DNA of 64,000 nucleotides from an uncultured Acidobacteriota bacterium (GCA_963817635.1 CAWFPR010000013.1:156740-220739); one strand, 5' to 3'. Counted from the stretch's first letter, positions 12,516 through 23,719 are shown. Numbers and translations: made by a program. The notes: generated by a model from the letters alone, not told the origin.

Positions 12516-12809
12516 TGGGTGGCGGTCGCGCTCATCAGTCTCGCGGCCGCGGCCCACCAGGGCTGGTCGGCGAACCTGTTTACCACGGCATCGGACATGT
12601 TCCCGCGCCATGCCGTCGGCTCGATCGTGGGACTGGGCGGCACGGCGGGCGCGGTGGGCGGGATGCTCATCGCGAAGCTCACCGGCTACCTGCTCGACAG
12701 CACCGGCAGCTACGTCCCGGTGTTCCTCATTGCCGGCTCCGCCTACCTGACGGCCCTGACGATCTTCCATCTGGCCGCACCGCGCCTCGAGACCGTCCGG
12801 CTGCAGTAG
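12516..12809 (+). pseudogene. C-terminal remnant (about 97 codons) of an MFS hexuronate-transporter-like gene
   Basis: WVAVALISLAAAAHQGWSANLFTTASDMFPRHAVGSIVGLGGTAGAVGGMLIAKLTGYLLDSTGSYVPVFLIAGSAYLTALTIFHLAAP resembles the last helices of ExuT-type MFS proteins. No N-terminal two-thirds is present between uxaA (end 12469) and this segment. Confidence 0.55.
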
Positions 12810-13014
12810 GGCGGACACGTCCCTGAGGCGCCCGGTCACCATAAGGGCACTTCCTGCGGGCCGGGCGCCGCTGGCGCGCTGCGTGAGCGCTCGGGCTCGA
12901 GCATCCTGTTCGTCGAACTGAGCACGGTCACGTCGCCGTCTCCGCCGGAGCAAGGGCGGCGCCAGCGTGGAAGCTCAACGGGGAACCGTCTCGCCGCGTG
13001 ACGGTTTTCCGAAA

Positions 13015-13043
13015 TTGACAACCTCGACCAGCCAGCGAACAAT
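13015..13043 (+). promoter_or_regulatory. sigma-70-type promoter candidate (TTGACA-17-AACAAT) immediately upstream of ATG 13049
   Basis: TTGACA at 13015-13020, 17-nt spacer, AACAAT at 13038-13043. The ATG lies 6 nt downstream, so the transcript would be leaderless or nearly so. Confidence 0.4.
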
Positions 13044-13048
13044 GGCAC

Positions 13049-14020
13049 ATGATCTCAACGGTCCTGCTTTCCCTCGTCCTGGCGCAGACTCCGGCCGCGG
13101 CCCAGGCTCCCAGCCAGCCGCCAGCTTCGCCGCATATCCAGCCGGCCGCGTCGGGCGCGTACATTCCGCAGCGCGTCTTCGACACGCGCCGCAAGGCGTT
13201 CATCGATTTCGAGATGATGCTGGCGGACCTCGCGCGCGCCGACGTCGTCCTGGTTGGCGAGCAGCACGACGATCCGAACACGCACCGGCTGGAGTCGGCA
13301 ATTCTCCAGGGGCTCATGCGCCGCGGAGTACCGATCACCGTCTCGCTCGAGATGTTCGAGCGCGATGTCCAGGGCGTGCTGGATCGCTATCTCGCCGGAG
13401 CGATATCAGAGGAGGACTTCCTGAACGCCACGCGGCCGTGGCCGCGCTACGCCACCGACTATCGCCCGCTCATCGAGATGGCCAGAGGGCACGGCTGGCG
13501 GGTGATCGCGGCTAATGTGCCGCGTCGGCTCGCCGCCGACCTGTCCAAGGCAGGGCAGGCGGCGTACGAAATGGCCAAGGCCGAGGATCGCCCCTGGATG
13601 GCGAGTGAACTCCAGTGCCCGCAGGACGACTACTTCAAGCGCTTCTCCGAGCAGATGGGCGGCCATCCGATGGCCGGCGCGGCCCCGCCCAAAGACAGCG
13701 CGGCGGCCGCCAAGGCCGCCGAAGACCAGCGCGCGCTCGTCGAGCGGTTCTACCTGGCGCAGTGCCTGAAGGACGAGACCATGGCCGAGTCGATCGCGCG
13801 GGCGTTCGCGACCCAGGAGGGACGTCCCGGCACGATCGTCCACTATGACGGCGCGTTCCACAGCGACTACGGCCAGGGAACGGCCGAACGCGTCCGGCGG
13901 CGCCTTCCGGGCCGGCGCGTCGCAATCGTCTCGATGATCCCGACCGACGACCTCGACACGCTCGCGCCGGACGACGACGACCTCCAGGTCGCGGACTACC
14001 TGATCTACACGATCAAGTGA
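13049..14020 (+). CDS. ChaN-like haem-binding/iron-regulated lipoprotein family (Tiki/erythromycin-esterase-like fold)
   Basis: Intact 323-aa ORF. Hydrophobic N-terminus, then ADVVLVGEQHDDPNTHRLE, ITVSLEMFERDVQ, RVIAANVPRR, IVHYDGAFHSDYGQGT, typical of the ChaN/cofactor-haem-binding family. Confidence 0.7.
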   Translation: MISTVLLSLVLAQTPAAAQAPSQPPASPHIQPAASGAYIPQRVFDTRRKAFIDFEMMLADLARADVVLVGEQHDDPNTHRLESAILQGLMRRGVPITVSLEMFERDVQGVLDRYLAGAISEEDFLNATRPWPRYATDYRPLIEMARGHGWRVIAANVPRRLAADLSKAGQAAYEMAKAEDRPWMASELQCPQDDYFKRFSEQMGGHPMAGAAPPKDSAAAAKAAEDQRALVERFYLAQCLKDETMAESIARAFATQEGRPGTIVHYDGAFHSDYGQGTAERVRRRLPGRRVAIVSMIPTDDLDTLAPDDDDLQVADYLIYTIK

Positions 14021-14051
14021 TCGCCGTCGCCAGGCCCGCGACCCCGAGGCC

Positions 14052-15458
14052 TCAGCGCAACCGATCGGGCATGTCGGCAATCACGTACGTCATCACCGCG
14101 ATGGCGGCCGATGCCCGTGACATGTCCATCGGATCGATCTTGTCGACGGTGTCGGCCGGCGTGTGGTGGATCAGGAAGTAGTTGCCGTCCACGTCCAGCG
14201 ACATCGCCGGCATCTTCCCGGCTTCGACACTCGGGCCGATGTCGGCGCCGTCCCCGGCGGCGCTGATGTGGTCCGCCTGGATCCCGCGCAGGAGCGTGGC
14301 GATTTCCTTCACGATCGCGCGCGCGGCGTCGCTGCCGGTGAAGCCGAATCCGGTCGGACGGAACACGCCGGAATCCGATTCCATCATCATGACGTGATTG
14401 GCCAGCTCCTGGGCGTGCCGGTCGCGGTAGGCCTGGCCGCCGCGGCCGCCGTTTTCCTCGTTGACCCAGAGCACGACCCGCACCGTGCGCCTCGGCCGCA
14501 GGTTCAGCTGCTTCATCAGCCGCAGCGCTTCCCACGTCACCACGCATCCGCCGCCGTCGTCGGTCGATCCGGTGCCGACGTCCCAGGAGTCGAGGTGTCC
14601 TCCGATCACCACGACTTCGTCCGGCGTTTCGCGCCCGCGGATTTCACCGACGACGTTGAACGAGTCGGCGTCGGGGAGGAACCGGGCCTCCATCTTGAGC
14701 CGCAGGCGCGTCGGCGTGCCGCGATCCTGCATGCGCTGAAGGCGATCGGCGTCCTCGGTCGTCACGGCGGCAGCCGGAATCTGTGGGGCGCCATCGGTGT
14801 AGCGGAGCGCCCCCGTGTGCGGCAGCCTCAGTCCCGGCGGGCCGACTGACCTGACCAGGGCCGCGACCGCGCCAAGCGCCGCGGCGCGCGACGGTCCGAC
14901 GCCGCGATAGACGACGGTCTCGCCGTAGTTCGTGAACGGCACGTTGAAGAGCACGATCTTGCCCTTCACGCGGTCGCCCGCTGCCTCCAGCTCCGGGAAG
15001 CTGCCGACGACGAGCACCTCGCCCTCGACGCCCGCAGCCGGCGTGCCGACGCTGTTGCCCAGGCCAAGCATCACCAGGGTGTGATGTCGCGGCGAGATGA
15101 TCTCGAGGCTCTCCTGTCCCCGTACCCAGTGCGGCACCTTCGCGGGCTCGGTGTGGACGTTTTCGAGGCCGTCCTTCTTCATTTCCTGGACGGCCCACTG
15201 GATGGTGTCCTCGAGGGCCTGCGATCCGCTCAGACGGGGCCCGAACGTGTCGCCGATCAGGGCCAGACGCTGCCAGGCGAAATCGGTGGCCAGGGCGGCA
15301 CCGATCAGGCGCCCCGCCGGTTCGCGGTACGGCTCGAGGAGGGCGGACGGCGCCTTGGCGGCGGGTTGCGGTGATTGTCCGGCCGGCGCGGCGGAGGATA
15401 CGACGAGAACGCCAACGGCGAGGGCTCCCAGTGCCCTCGTACGAACTGATGTATGCAT
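14052..15458 (-). CDS. M28-family aminopeptidase with PA domain, secreted
   Basis: Intact 468-aa ORF with signal peptide MHTSVRTRALGALAVGVLVVSSA. Motifs FNVVGEIRGRETPDEVVVIGGHLDSWDVGTGSTDDGGG, VLWVNEENGGRG, LIHHTPADTVDKID. Confidence 0.85.
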   Translation of the reverse strand: MHTSVRTRALGALAVGVLVVSSAAPAGQSPQPAAKAPSALLEPYREPAGRLIGAALATDFAWQRLALIGDTFGPRLSGSQALEDTIQWAVQEMKKDGLENVHTEPAKVPHWVRGQESLEIISPRHHTLVMLGLGNSVGTPAAGVEGEVLVVGSFPELEAAGDRVKGKIVLFNVPFTNYGETVVYRGVGPSRAAALGAVAALVRSVGPPGLRLPHTGALRYTDGAPQIPAAAVTTEDADRLQRMQDRGTPTRLRLKMEARFLPDADSFNVVGEIRGRETPDEVVVIGGHLDSWDVGTGSTDDGGGCVVTWEALRLMKQLNLRPRRTVRVVLWVNEENGGRGGQAYRDRHAQELANHVMMMESDSGVFRPTGFGFTGSDAARAIVKEIATLLRGIQADHISAAGDGADIGPSVEAGKMPAMSLDVDGNYFLIHHTPADTVDKIDPMDMSRASAAIAVMTYVIADMPDRLR

Positions 15459-15492
15459 CCGCGTATTCTATGCCAGGGACGGCACGCCGCCG

Positions 15493-16557
15493 TCAGAGCG
15501 CGACGCGATGGCGTCCGCTGTGCAGGTAGTTCATCGTCTGGACGGTGAGCATGATCGTGAAATCGAGCTTCGTGTGTTCCTCGGTGCCCTTGAGGCGGAG
15601 GTTCAGCTCGGTGGCGCGGGCGATCATGTTCTCCAGGACCTGGTCGATCGTGTACTGATATTCGCCGGTCCAGGCGGCGATCATCCGGCGCACTTCCTTG
15701 CGGACGCGGGCGATGAAGCGCGCCGCCTTCATGTTGCCGGCGTGCTCCGGGCGGTCGGAGAAGAGCCGTCGCAGGTCGCGATCGTAGAAGTGCGGGTGCT
15801 CGACGCCGTAGTGGCGGCGCTTGCGCTCGTAGTGGGCGCGCAGCGTCTTGCGGATGTTCTGGAGCGGCTCGACGCGGCGGCGCGTCCGCACGATCATCGG
15901 CTTGCCGGCGAGCTCGCGCATCAGCGCGTCCATGTATTCCAGCTTCTTCAGCGCCGGCCAGTCGGCGTAGCGCGTGCGCCAGTCGGCGTCCGGCGTGAGC
16001 CACAGCGCGAAGGTCTCGGCGAAGTCCTCGTCGGGGTGGCTCTGCGCATACCAGCTGTCGAGGTGCAGGACGAAGCTCTTGCTGTAGGGTTTCGGCGTGT
16101 AGTACTCCGGGTACTGCATGTAGGACGGGCCGAAGATCTGCTGGCGGCGCCGCCGCTGGCGCAGCTTGTAGGCGTTGTCGATCGCGTGCCCGGCTTCGTG
16201 GCGCAGGATCTTCATGCACCACTCGGGCGTGCCGCCTTCGACTTCGAGCATCTGCGAGCGCTCGAGTTTCTCGAGCCGCGGATGGGCGAGGAAGAACGGA
16301 ATGGCCACGCCGGGCACTGCGTCGGGTGAGAACCACTCGGCTGACAGCCAGAAATGCGGCTGAAACTGCTGCAGGCCGCGGCCGTCCAGGTCGCGCTGAA
16401 GGTCCGCGATGCGAGACTCCAGCACGCTGCCTTCGATGGTCAGGCCCAGGTCGCACATGCGCAGGTCGAGCAGCTTCTCGTCAGGCCAGGAGGGCCACTC
16501 GAGTGGCGGCGGCGCCTCGTCCGGGACGGGCAGTGGGGCGGCTGGGTCGGTGGACAT
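15493..16557 (-). CDS. putative zinc-binding metallopeptidase (HExxH)
   Basis: Intact 354-aa ORF with ILRHEAGHAIDNAY (HExxH) and DEDFAETFALWL, as in the putative zinc-binding metallopeptidase family. Confidence 0.65.
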   Translation of the reverse strand: MSTDPAAPLPVPDEAPPPLEWPSWPDEKLLDLRMCDLGLTIEGSVLESRIADLQRDLDGRGLQQFQPHFWLSAEWFSPDAVPGVAIPFFLAHPRLEKLERSQMLEVEGGTPEWCMKILRHEAGHAIDNAYKLRQRRRRQQIFGPSYMQYPEYYTPKPYSKSFVLHLDSWYAQSHPDEDFAETFALWLTPDADWRTRYADWPALKKLEYMDALMRELAGKPMIVRTRRRVEPLQNIRKTLRAHYERKRRHYGVEHPHFYDRDLRRLFSDRPEHAGNMKAARFIARVRKEVRRMIAAWTGEYQYTIDQVLENMIARATELNLRLKGTEEHTKLDFTIMLTVQTMNYLHSGRHRVAL

Positions 16558-16695
16558 CTCGTTTCGGGCCTCTCAGTCTAGCCGAATCGCGCTGGTTGCC
16601 TGTTTTGTGGTATATCCGTCTGTCCCCAGACGCCCGCACAGGTCGATCGTCGCCGTTTGCGGCGGGCCGCCAGCCCGTTCGATATAGGAGCCTCT

Positions 16696-18906
16696 ATGAA
16701 GTTGGTCTGCCGAATTGTGTTCGCCGCCGCCATCTGCGCGTGGCTGCCGGTCTCCGCCGGTGCCGCGCCGCAGGGTCCTTCGGCGCAGGATCCGAAGGCT
16801 GCGCAGAAGCCGGATCAGAAGCCGACTCCGAAGCCGGACGAGCAGAAGCCCGACGAGCAGAAGCCCCAGAAGTACGAGGAGACCGTGGTCGTCAGCGCCT
16901 CGAAGACGGAGGAGAAGCTGGTGAACGCCCCGGCGACGATGACCGTGGTCGGGCTGCGTCAGCTCGAAACTGCCACGTCGCAGAACTTCGCGGAGCTGTT
17001 GCGGAACGTGCCCGGGCTGAACCTGACGCAGGTGTCGGCGCGCGACATCAACATCACGACGCGCGGCGCAACAGGCACGCTGGCAACGGGTCAGCTCGCC
17101 CTGCTCGACGGCCGCAGCCTGTATCAGGACTTCTTCGGGTTCGTGATGTGGGACTTCCTCCCCGTCAACCTCAACGAGATCAAGCAGATTGAAGTCATCC
17201 GCGGACCGGCCTCCGCGGTATGGGGAGCCAACGCGTTGTACGGCGTCGTCAACGTCATCACGAAATCGCCGCGCGAGATGCAGGGCACCAGCGCCACGTT
17301 CGGGCTGGGCACATTCGATCGGACCAATGGCGCCAGTAACGGGTCGCTCTGGTACATCAGCGGCACGCACGCGCAGGCGATCGACGACCACTGGGCGTTC
17401 AAGCTGTCGGCCGGCGGCTACTCGCAGGATCCGCTGTCGCGGCCGACCGGGATTATCCCCGGCTCACCGGGCTCGGCCACCGGCGGCGGGACGCCCTATC
17501 CGGCCTACACGAACACCGGAACCACCCAGCCGAAGTTCGACGGCCGCCTCGACTACGACTACGACGACGGCCGGAAACTGTCGATTTCGGGCGGCGTGGC
17601 GGGCACCGACGGAATCATGCACTCGGGCATCGGCCCCTTCGACATCAACAGCGGCTCGGTGATGAGCTATGCGAAGGTGAACTTCACCCGGCAGGGGCTG
17701 CGGGCGAGCTTCTTCACCAACATCCTCGACGGCGATGCCACGAACCTGCTCACCCGCGACGCGACCGGCAATCCGATCGGGTTCGCGTTCAAGACCAAGA
17801 CGTTCGACTTCGACGTCTCGAACGTGCAGACCTTCGCCAGCCGCCACGTGGTGAACTACGGGGGCAACCTGCGGTACAACAAGTTCGACCTCTCGCTCGC
17901 GCCGGCCGCCGACAACCGCACCGAGTTCGGCATGTACGCGCAGGACGAAATCTTCCTGAACGACCACTTCCGCTGGGTGATCGGCGGGCGGCTCGATCGC
18001 TTCGACTACCTCAATGACTTCGTGTTTTCGCCGCGCACGACGTTCATGATCAAGCCGTTCGAGAACCACACGGTGCGGCTGTCCTTCAACCGGGCGTACC
18101 GGTCGCCGTCGGTCATCAACAACCACCTCGAGGTGACGCTGGTCGAGCCGGTGGATCTGACGCCGTTCGCGTTCCTGAACCCGGCGGTCGCCAACCGGAT
18201 CTACCCGCTGCCGGTGCAATCGGTCGGCAATCCTGACCTGAAGGAGCAGTCCCTCGACGCCTACGAGATCGGCTACACGGGCATCGTGCGCTCCAACACG
18301 GTCCTGAGCGCGTCGTTCTACGTCAACAAGATGAAGAACGAGATCCTCTTCACCGAGCTGACCAACGAGCGGTGGACGGCAGCCAACCCGCCGCCCAACT
18401 GGGCGTTCGGCCTGCTGCCGGCCGCGGTCATCAACTTCGTGCCGGGCCAGAGCCTCCCGGCGCGCTTCACGTACCTGAACTTCGGCAAGTCCACGCAGAA
18501 GGGGCTGGAGCTCGGCGTGGACTCGTCGCTGAACCGCTACCTGAACGTGTTCGCCAACTACTCGTATCAGGCGAAGCCCGTGCCTCATGGCTTCGACATT
18601 TCCGAGCTGAACCTGCCGCCGAAGAACCGCTTCAACGCCGGCTTCGGGTTCACCTACAGCCGGTTCCTCGGGAACCTGGCGGTCAGCTACTCGGACAGCG
18701 CGTTCTGGCAGGACGTGCTCGACGACCGGTACCACGGCACGACCGACGCCTACACGCTGGTCAACGCCGGTTTCGGCGTCAAATGGGGCGACAGGCTGAC
18801 GACCACGGTCAAGGTCGTGAACCTCGGCAATGCCGATGTCCAGCAGCACGTCTTCGGCGACATCCTGAAGCGGCAGGTCGCCGGCGAACTTCGCATTCAG
18901 TTCTGA
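16696..18906 (+). CDS. TonB-dependent outer-membrane receptor
   Basis: AGGAG 6 nt upstream of ATG 16696. Signal MKLVCRIVFAAAICAWLPVSAGA, a K/P/D/Q-rich linker (QKPDQKPTPKPDEQKPDEQKPQK), and the plug (ETVVVSASKTEEKLVNAPATMTVV..IEVIRGPASAVWGANALYGVVNVITKSP). The barrel ends ..GELRIQF. No frame breaks. Confidence 0.9.
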   Translation: MKLVCRIVFAAAICAWLPVSAGAAPQGPSAQDPKAAQKPDQKPTPKPDEQKPDEQKPQKYEETVVVSASKTEEKLVNAPATMTVVGLRQLETATSQNFAELLRNVPGLNLTQVSARDINITTRGATGTLATGQLALLDGRSLYQDFFGFVMWDFLPVNLNEIKQIEVIRGPASAVWGANALYGVVNVITKSPREMQGTSATFGLGTFDRTNGASNGSLWYISGTHAQAIDDHWAFKLSAGGYSQDPLSRPTGIIPGSPGSATGGGTPYPAYTNTGTTQPKFDGRLDYDYDDGRKLSISGGVAGTDGIMHSGIGPFDINSGSVMSYAKVNFTRQGLRASFFTNILDGDATNLLTRDATGNPIGFAFKTKTFDFDVSNVQTFASRHVVNYGGNLRYNKFDLSLAPAADNRTEFGMYAQDEIFLNDHFRWVIGGRLDRFDYLNDFVFSPRTTFMIKPFENHTVRLSFNRAYRSPSVINNHLEVTLVEPVDLTPFAFLNPAVANRIYPLPVQSVGNPDLKEQSLDAYEIGYTGIVRSNTVLSASFYVNKMKNEILFTELTNERWTAANPPPNWAFGLLPAAVINFVPGQSLPARFTYLNFGKSTQKGLELGVDSSLNRYLNVFANYSYQAKPVPHGFDISELNLPPKNRFNAGFGFTYSRFLGNLAVSYSDSAFWQDVLDDRYHGTTDAYTLVNAGFGVKWGDRLTTTVKVVNLGNADVQQHVFGDILKRQVAGELRIQF

Positions 18907-18909
18907 GAA

Positions 18910-19082
18910 GGCTCAAGGCTCAGGGCTCAGGGGGCCGGGCTCAGGCGGCCGGGCTCAGGGGCAGGGGAAAAGGTTTCGGGGTTCGAGCGGCCGCGTGGCG
19001 GTACAATGGTGCGCCGGGCGTCCGTGAGCCGTGAATCCTGAGCCCTGAACCTTGAGCCCTAAGCCCTCTCAGTCCCTGAGCC
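18910..19082. repeat. heptamer-repeat palindromic intergenic element (GGCTCAR type), copy A
   Basis: Left arm: ggctcaaggctcagggctcagggggccgggctcaggcggccgggctcagggg. Right arm: cctgagccctgaaccttgagccctaagccctctcagtccctgagcc (its approximate reverse complement). The roughly 70-nt core contains TACAAT (19001-19006). Confidence 0.8.
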
Positions 19083-19932
19083 TTGTCCATCCGCCTCCTC
19101 GCCATCGACCTCGACGGGACGCTCCTCGACAGCCAGGGGCAGGTGCCGGAGGCGAACCGGGTGGCCATCGGGCGCGCCGTCGATGCGGGGGTGGAAATCG
19201 TGCTCGCCACGGGCCGGCGCTACGATTTCGCCCGTCCGGTCTTCGAGGCCCTGCCGCAGCCGCTCACGCTCATCCTCAGCAACGGAGCCGTCGTCAAGAC
19301 CCGCGACGGGGAGACGCTGATGCTGCACCTGCTGCCGCGGGCGGTGGCGCGCGCCGTGCTGATGCAGGTGCCCGAGCACCGTGACAGCGCCGCGGTCATC
19401 TTCGATCGTCCGCGCGAAGGGCAGGTGGTCTACCAGGCGATCGACTGGGAGCACTCCCGTCACCATCGTTTCTTCTCGGCGAACCGGCCGTACCTCGCCG
19501 AAGTGGCCCCGCTCGAAGACTGTCTCACCGAGGATCCGGTGCAGGTGATGTTCTCCGGCGGATGTGTCGAGATGCGGGAGCTGTACGGGCGGCTGAAGCC
19601 CGTGACCGCCGACGTCGCGCCGTTCTTCGAGGTCGCGCTCACCGAGGTACGAGGACCGTGATTTCTCTCTCGTGGACGTCGTCCGCGCCGGCTGCTCGAA
19701 AGGATCGGCGCTGGCGGAATGGGCGGCGCGGCGCTGTGTGCCGCCCGCGGCGGTGATGGCGATCGGCGACAATCTCAACGACCTTCCGATGCTGGAGTTC
19801 GCCGGAACGCCGGTCGTGATGGGCAACGCGTCCGGCGAGCTGAAGACACGCGGCTGGGCGACGACTTCCACCAATGACGACGCCGGAGTCGCGCAGGCGA
19901 TCGAGACGTTCGTCCTCGAAAGGGCGTCATAA
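19083..19932 (+). CDS. Cof-type HAD-IIB phosphatase (one frame switch near 19650)
   Basis: TTG start. IRLLAIDLDGTLLDS, VEIVLATGRRY. After the switch, frame 1 gives VDVVRAGCSKGSALAEWAARR..VMAIGDNLNDLPMLEFAGTPVVMGNA. Confidence 0.8.
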
Positions 19933-19942
19933 CATCGTGGCT

Positions 19943-21865
<1,923 letters not shown>

Positions 21866-21872
21866 AGCTTCC

Positions 21873-22043
21873 CGATTGCAGACTGCAGATTGCAGATTGC
21901 AGATTGCGGGGATTGAAGAGTGAAGATTGCCGATTGGGGCTTTGAGCCGCACCTTCCAACCGCAGTAAGATAGGCCTTGGTCCAATCGGCAATCGCCACT
22001 CGACAATCCGTCAATCTTCAGTCTGCAATCTTCAGTCTGCAGT
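21873..22043. repeat. heptamer-repeat palindromic intergenic element (GCAGATT type) with embedded promoter candidate
   Basis: Left arm: cgattgcagactgcagattgcagattgcagattgcggggattgaagagtgaagattgccgattgg. Right arm: ccaatcggcaatcgccactcgacaatccgtcaatcttcagtctgcaatcttcagtctgcag. The core has TTGAGC (21942-21947), an 18-nt spacer and TAAGAT (21966-21971). Confidence 0.8.
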
Positions 22044-22048
22044 GCGTT

Positions 22049-23719
22049 ATGCCCGAATTCATCTACACCATGAAGGGTCTGGGGAAGGTGCATCCCCCGG
22101 ACCATGTCGTGCTGAAGGAGATCTGGCTCTCCTTCTACTACGGCGCGAAGATCGGAGTCCTCGGCCTCAACGGGGCGGGCAAGAGTTCGCTCCTCCGCAT
22201 CATGTCGGGAGAGGACCAGTCGTTCATCGGGGAGGCGTGGCCCGCCTCCGGGATTTCGATCGGGATGCTGCACCAGGAGCCGAAGCTCGACCCGGCGAAG
22301 AACGTCCTCGGCAATGTGGAGGAGGGCGTCGCCGGGATCAAGGCGCTGCTGCAGCGCTACGACGACATCAACGCGCGGTTCGCGGAGGACCTGTCCGCCG
22401 AGGAGATGGACAAGGTCCTCGAGGAGCAAGGAAAGGTACAGGACCGCATCGAGGCGGCCAGCGGGTGGGACCTCGACTCGCGGGTGGAGCTGGCGATGGA
22501 CGCCCTGCGCCTGCCGCCGCCCGATGCGGACGTCACGACGCTGTCCGGCGGCGAACGGCGCCGCGTGGCGCTCTGCCGGCTGTTGCTGCGTTCACCGGAT
22601 CTGCTGCTGCTGGACGAGCCGACGAACCATCTCGACGCCGAGTCGGTCGCCTGGCTCGAGCGGTTCCTGAAGGACTACCAGGGCACCGTCGTGGCCGTGA
22701 CCCACGACCGGTACTTCCTCGACAACGTCGCCGGCTGGATCCTCGAGCTCGACCGAGGGTCCGGGATTCCGTGGGAGGGGAACTACTCGTCGTGGCTGGA
22801 GCAGAAGCAGGCGCGGCTCGCGCAGGAAGAGAAGGCGGAGACCAAGCGCCAGCGCACGCTCGAGCGCGAACTCGAGTGGATCCGCATGTCGCCGCGCGCG
22901 CGCCAGGCCAAGGGCAAGGCGCGACTCAACGCTTACGAGGACATGCTGAAGGAGGAAACGACGAAGAAGATCGACCAGGTCGAGATCTTCATCGCGCCCG
23001 GTCCACGCCTCGGCGACATCGTCGTCGAAGCGCGCGGCCTCAAGAAGGGCTACGGCGACGTGCTCCTCATGGACGACGTGAATTTCACGCTGCCACCCGG
23101 CGGGATTGTCGGTGTGATCGGTCCGAACGGCGCCGGGAAGACGACGCTGTTCCGGATGATCACCGGAAAGGAGCAGCCGGATGCCGGCACGCTGCGGCTC
23201 GGCGAGACGGTCAAGGTCGGGTACGTCGACCAGTCCCGTGAACTCGATCCCGGCAAGAGCGTGTGGGAGGAAATCACCGATGCGCGCGACATGGTGGAAC
23301 TGGGCAATCGCGAGGTGGCTTCGCGCGCGTATGTCTCCTGGTTCAACTTCAAGGGACGCGACCAGCAGCGCAAGGTCAGCGAGCTTTCGGGCGGTGAACG
23401 CAATCGCGTGCACCTCGCGAAGCTGCTGAAGGGCGGCTCGAACCTGCTGCTCCTCGACGAACCGACCAACGACCTCGACGTGGACACGCTCCGAGCGCTC
23501 GAGGAGGCTCTGCTGAATTTCGCCGGCTGCGCCGTCGTCATCAGCCACGACCGCTGGTTCCTCGATCGCATCGCGACGCACATGCTCGCCTTCGAAGGCG
23601 ACAGCAAGGTCGTGTGGTTCGAGGGGAACTACCAGGACTACGAGGTGGACCGCCACCGCCGCCTGGGTGCCGACGCCGACCAGCCGCACCGCATCAAGTA
23701 CCGGAAGCTGACGCGATGA
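22049..23719 (+). CDS. ettA: ABC-F energy-dependent translational throttle protein EttA
   Basis: Near-colinear with my memory of E. coli EttA: [135 protein letters not shown]. Confidence 0.95.
   Translation: MPEFIYTMKGLGKVHPPDHVVLKEIWLSFYYGAKIGVLGLNGAGKSSLLRIMSGEDQSFIGEAWPASGISIGMLHQEPKLDPAKNVLGNVEEGVAGIKALLQRYDDINARFAEDLSAEEMDKVLEEQGKVQDRIEAASGWDLDSRVELAMDALRLPPPDADVTTLSGGERRRVALCRLLLRSPDLLLLDEPTNHLDAESVAWLERFLKDYQGTVVAVTHDRYFLDNVAGWILELDRGSGIPWEGNYSSWLEQKQARLAQEEKAETKRQRTLERELEWIRMSPRARQAKGKARLNAYEDMLKEETTKKIDQVEIFIAPGPRLGDIVVEARGLKKGYGDVLLMDDVNFTLPPGGIVGVIGPNGAGKTTLFRMITGKEQPDAGTLRLGETVKVGYVDQSRELDPGKSVWEEITDARDMVELGNREVASRAYVSWFNFKGRDQQRKVSELSGGERNRVHLAKLLKGGSNLLLLDEPTNDLDVDTLRALEEALLNFAGCAVVISHDRWFLDRIATHMLAFEGDSKVVWFEGNYQDYEVDRHRRLGADADQPHRIKYRKLTR

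Noticed and set aside
10068-12809. 913-codon ORF suggesting one giant protein
   Set aside because: It is a chimera created by the scarcity of stop codons in GC-rich DNA. It threads through pieces of the SDR, uxaA and MFS-remnant genes, mostly out of their true frames.
16558-16695. Riboswitch (for example cobalamin) upstream of the TonB receptor
   Set aside because: I could not find the B12-box or other conserved riboswitch cores by eye. The region is only a short divergent-promoter stretch with an AGGAG SD.
17464-18849. 461-codon antisense ORF opposite the TonB receptor. The same applies to 33853-35556, 37399-38868, 39900-41540, 43456-44952, 46745-49054, 49360-50763, 50817-52046, 19775-20980, 21248-22429 and 22592-23689.
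   Set aside because: All lie opposite genes with strong family motifs and have no recognisable motifs of their own. Their Arg/Gly/Pro/Asp-rich composition is expected from reading GC3-rich genes backwards.
18910-19082. Possible CRISPR array because of short tandem repeats
   Set aside because: The repeat unit is 7 nt with no 25-40-nt spacers. The arms are reverse complements of each other, and no cas genes are in the window.
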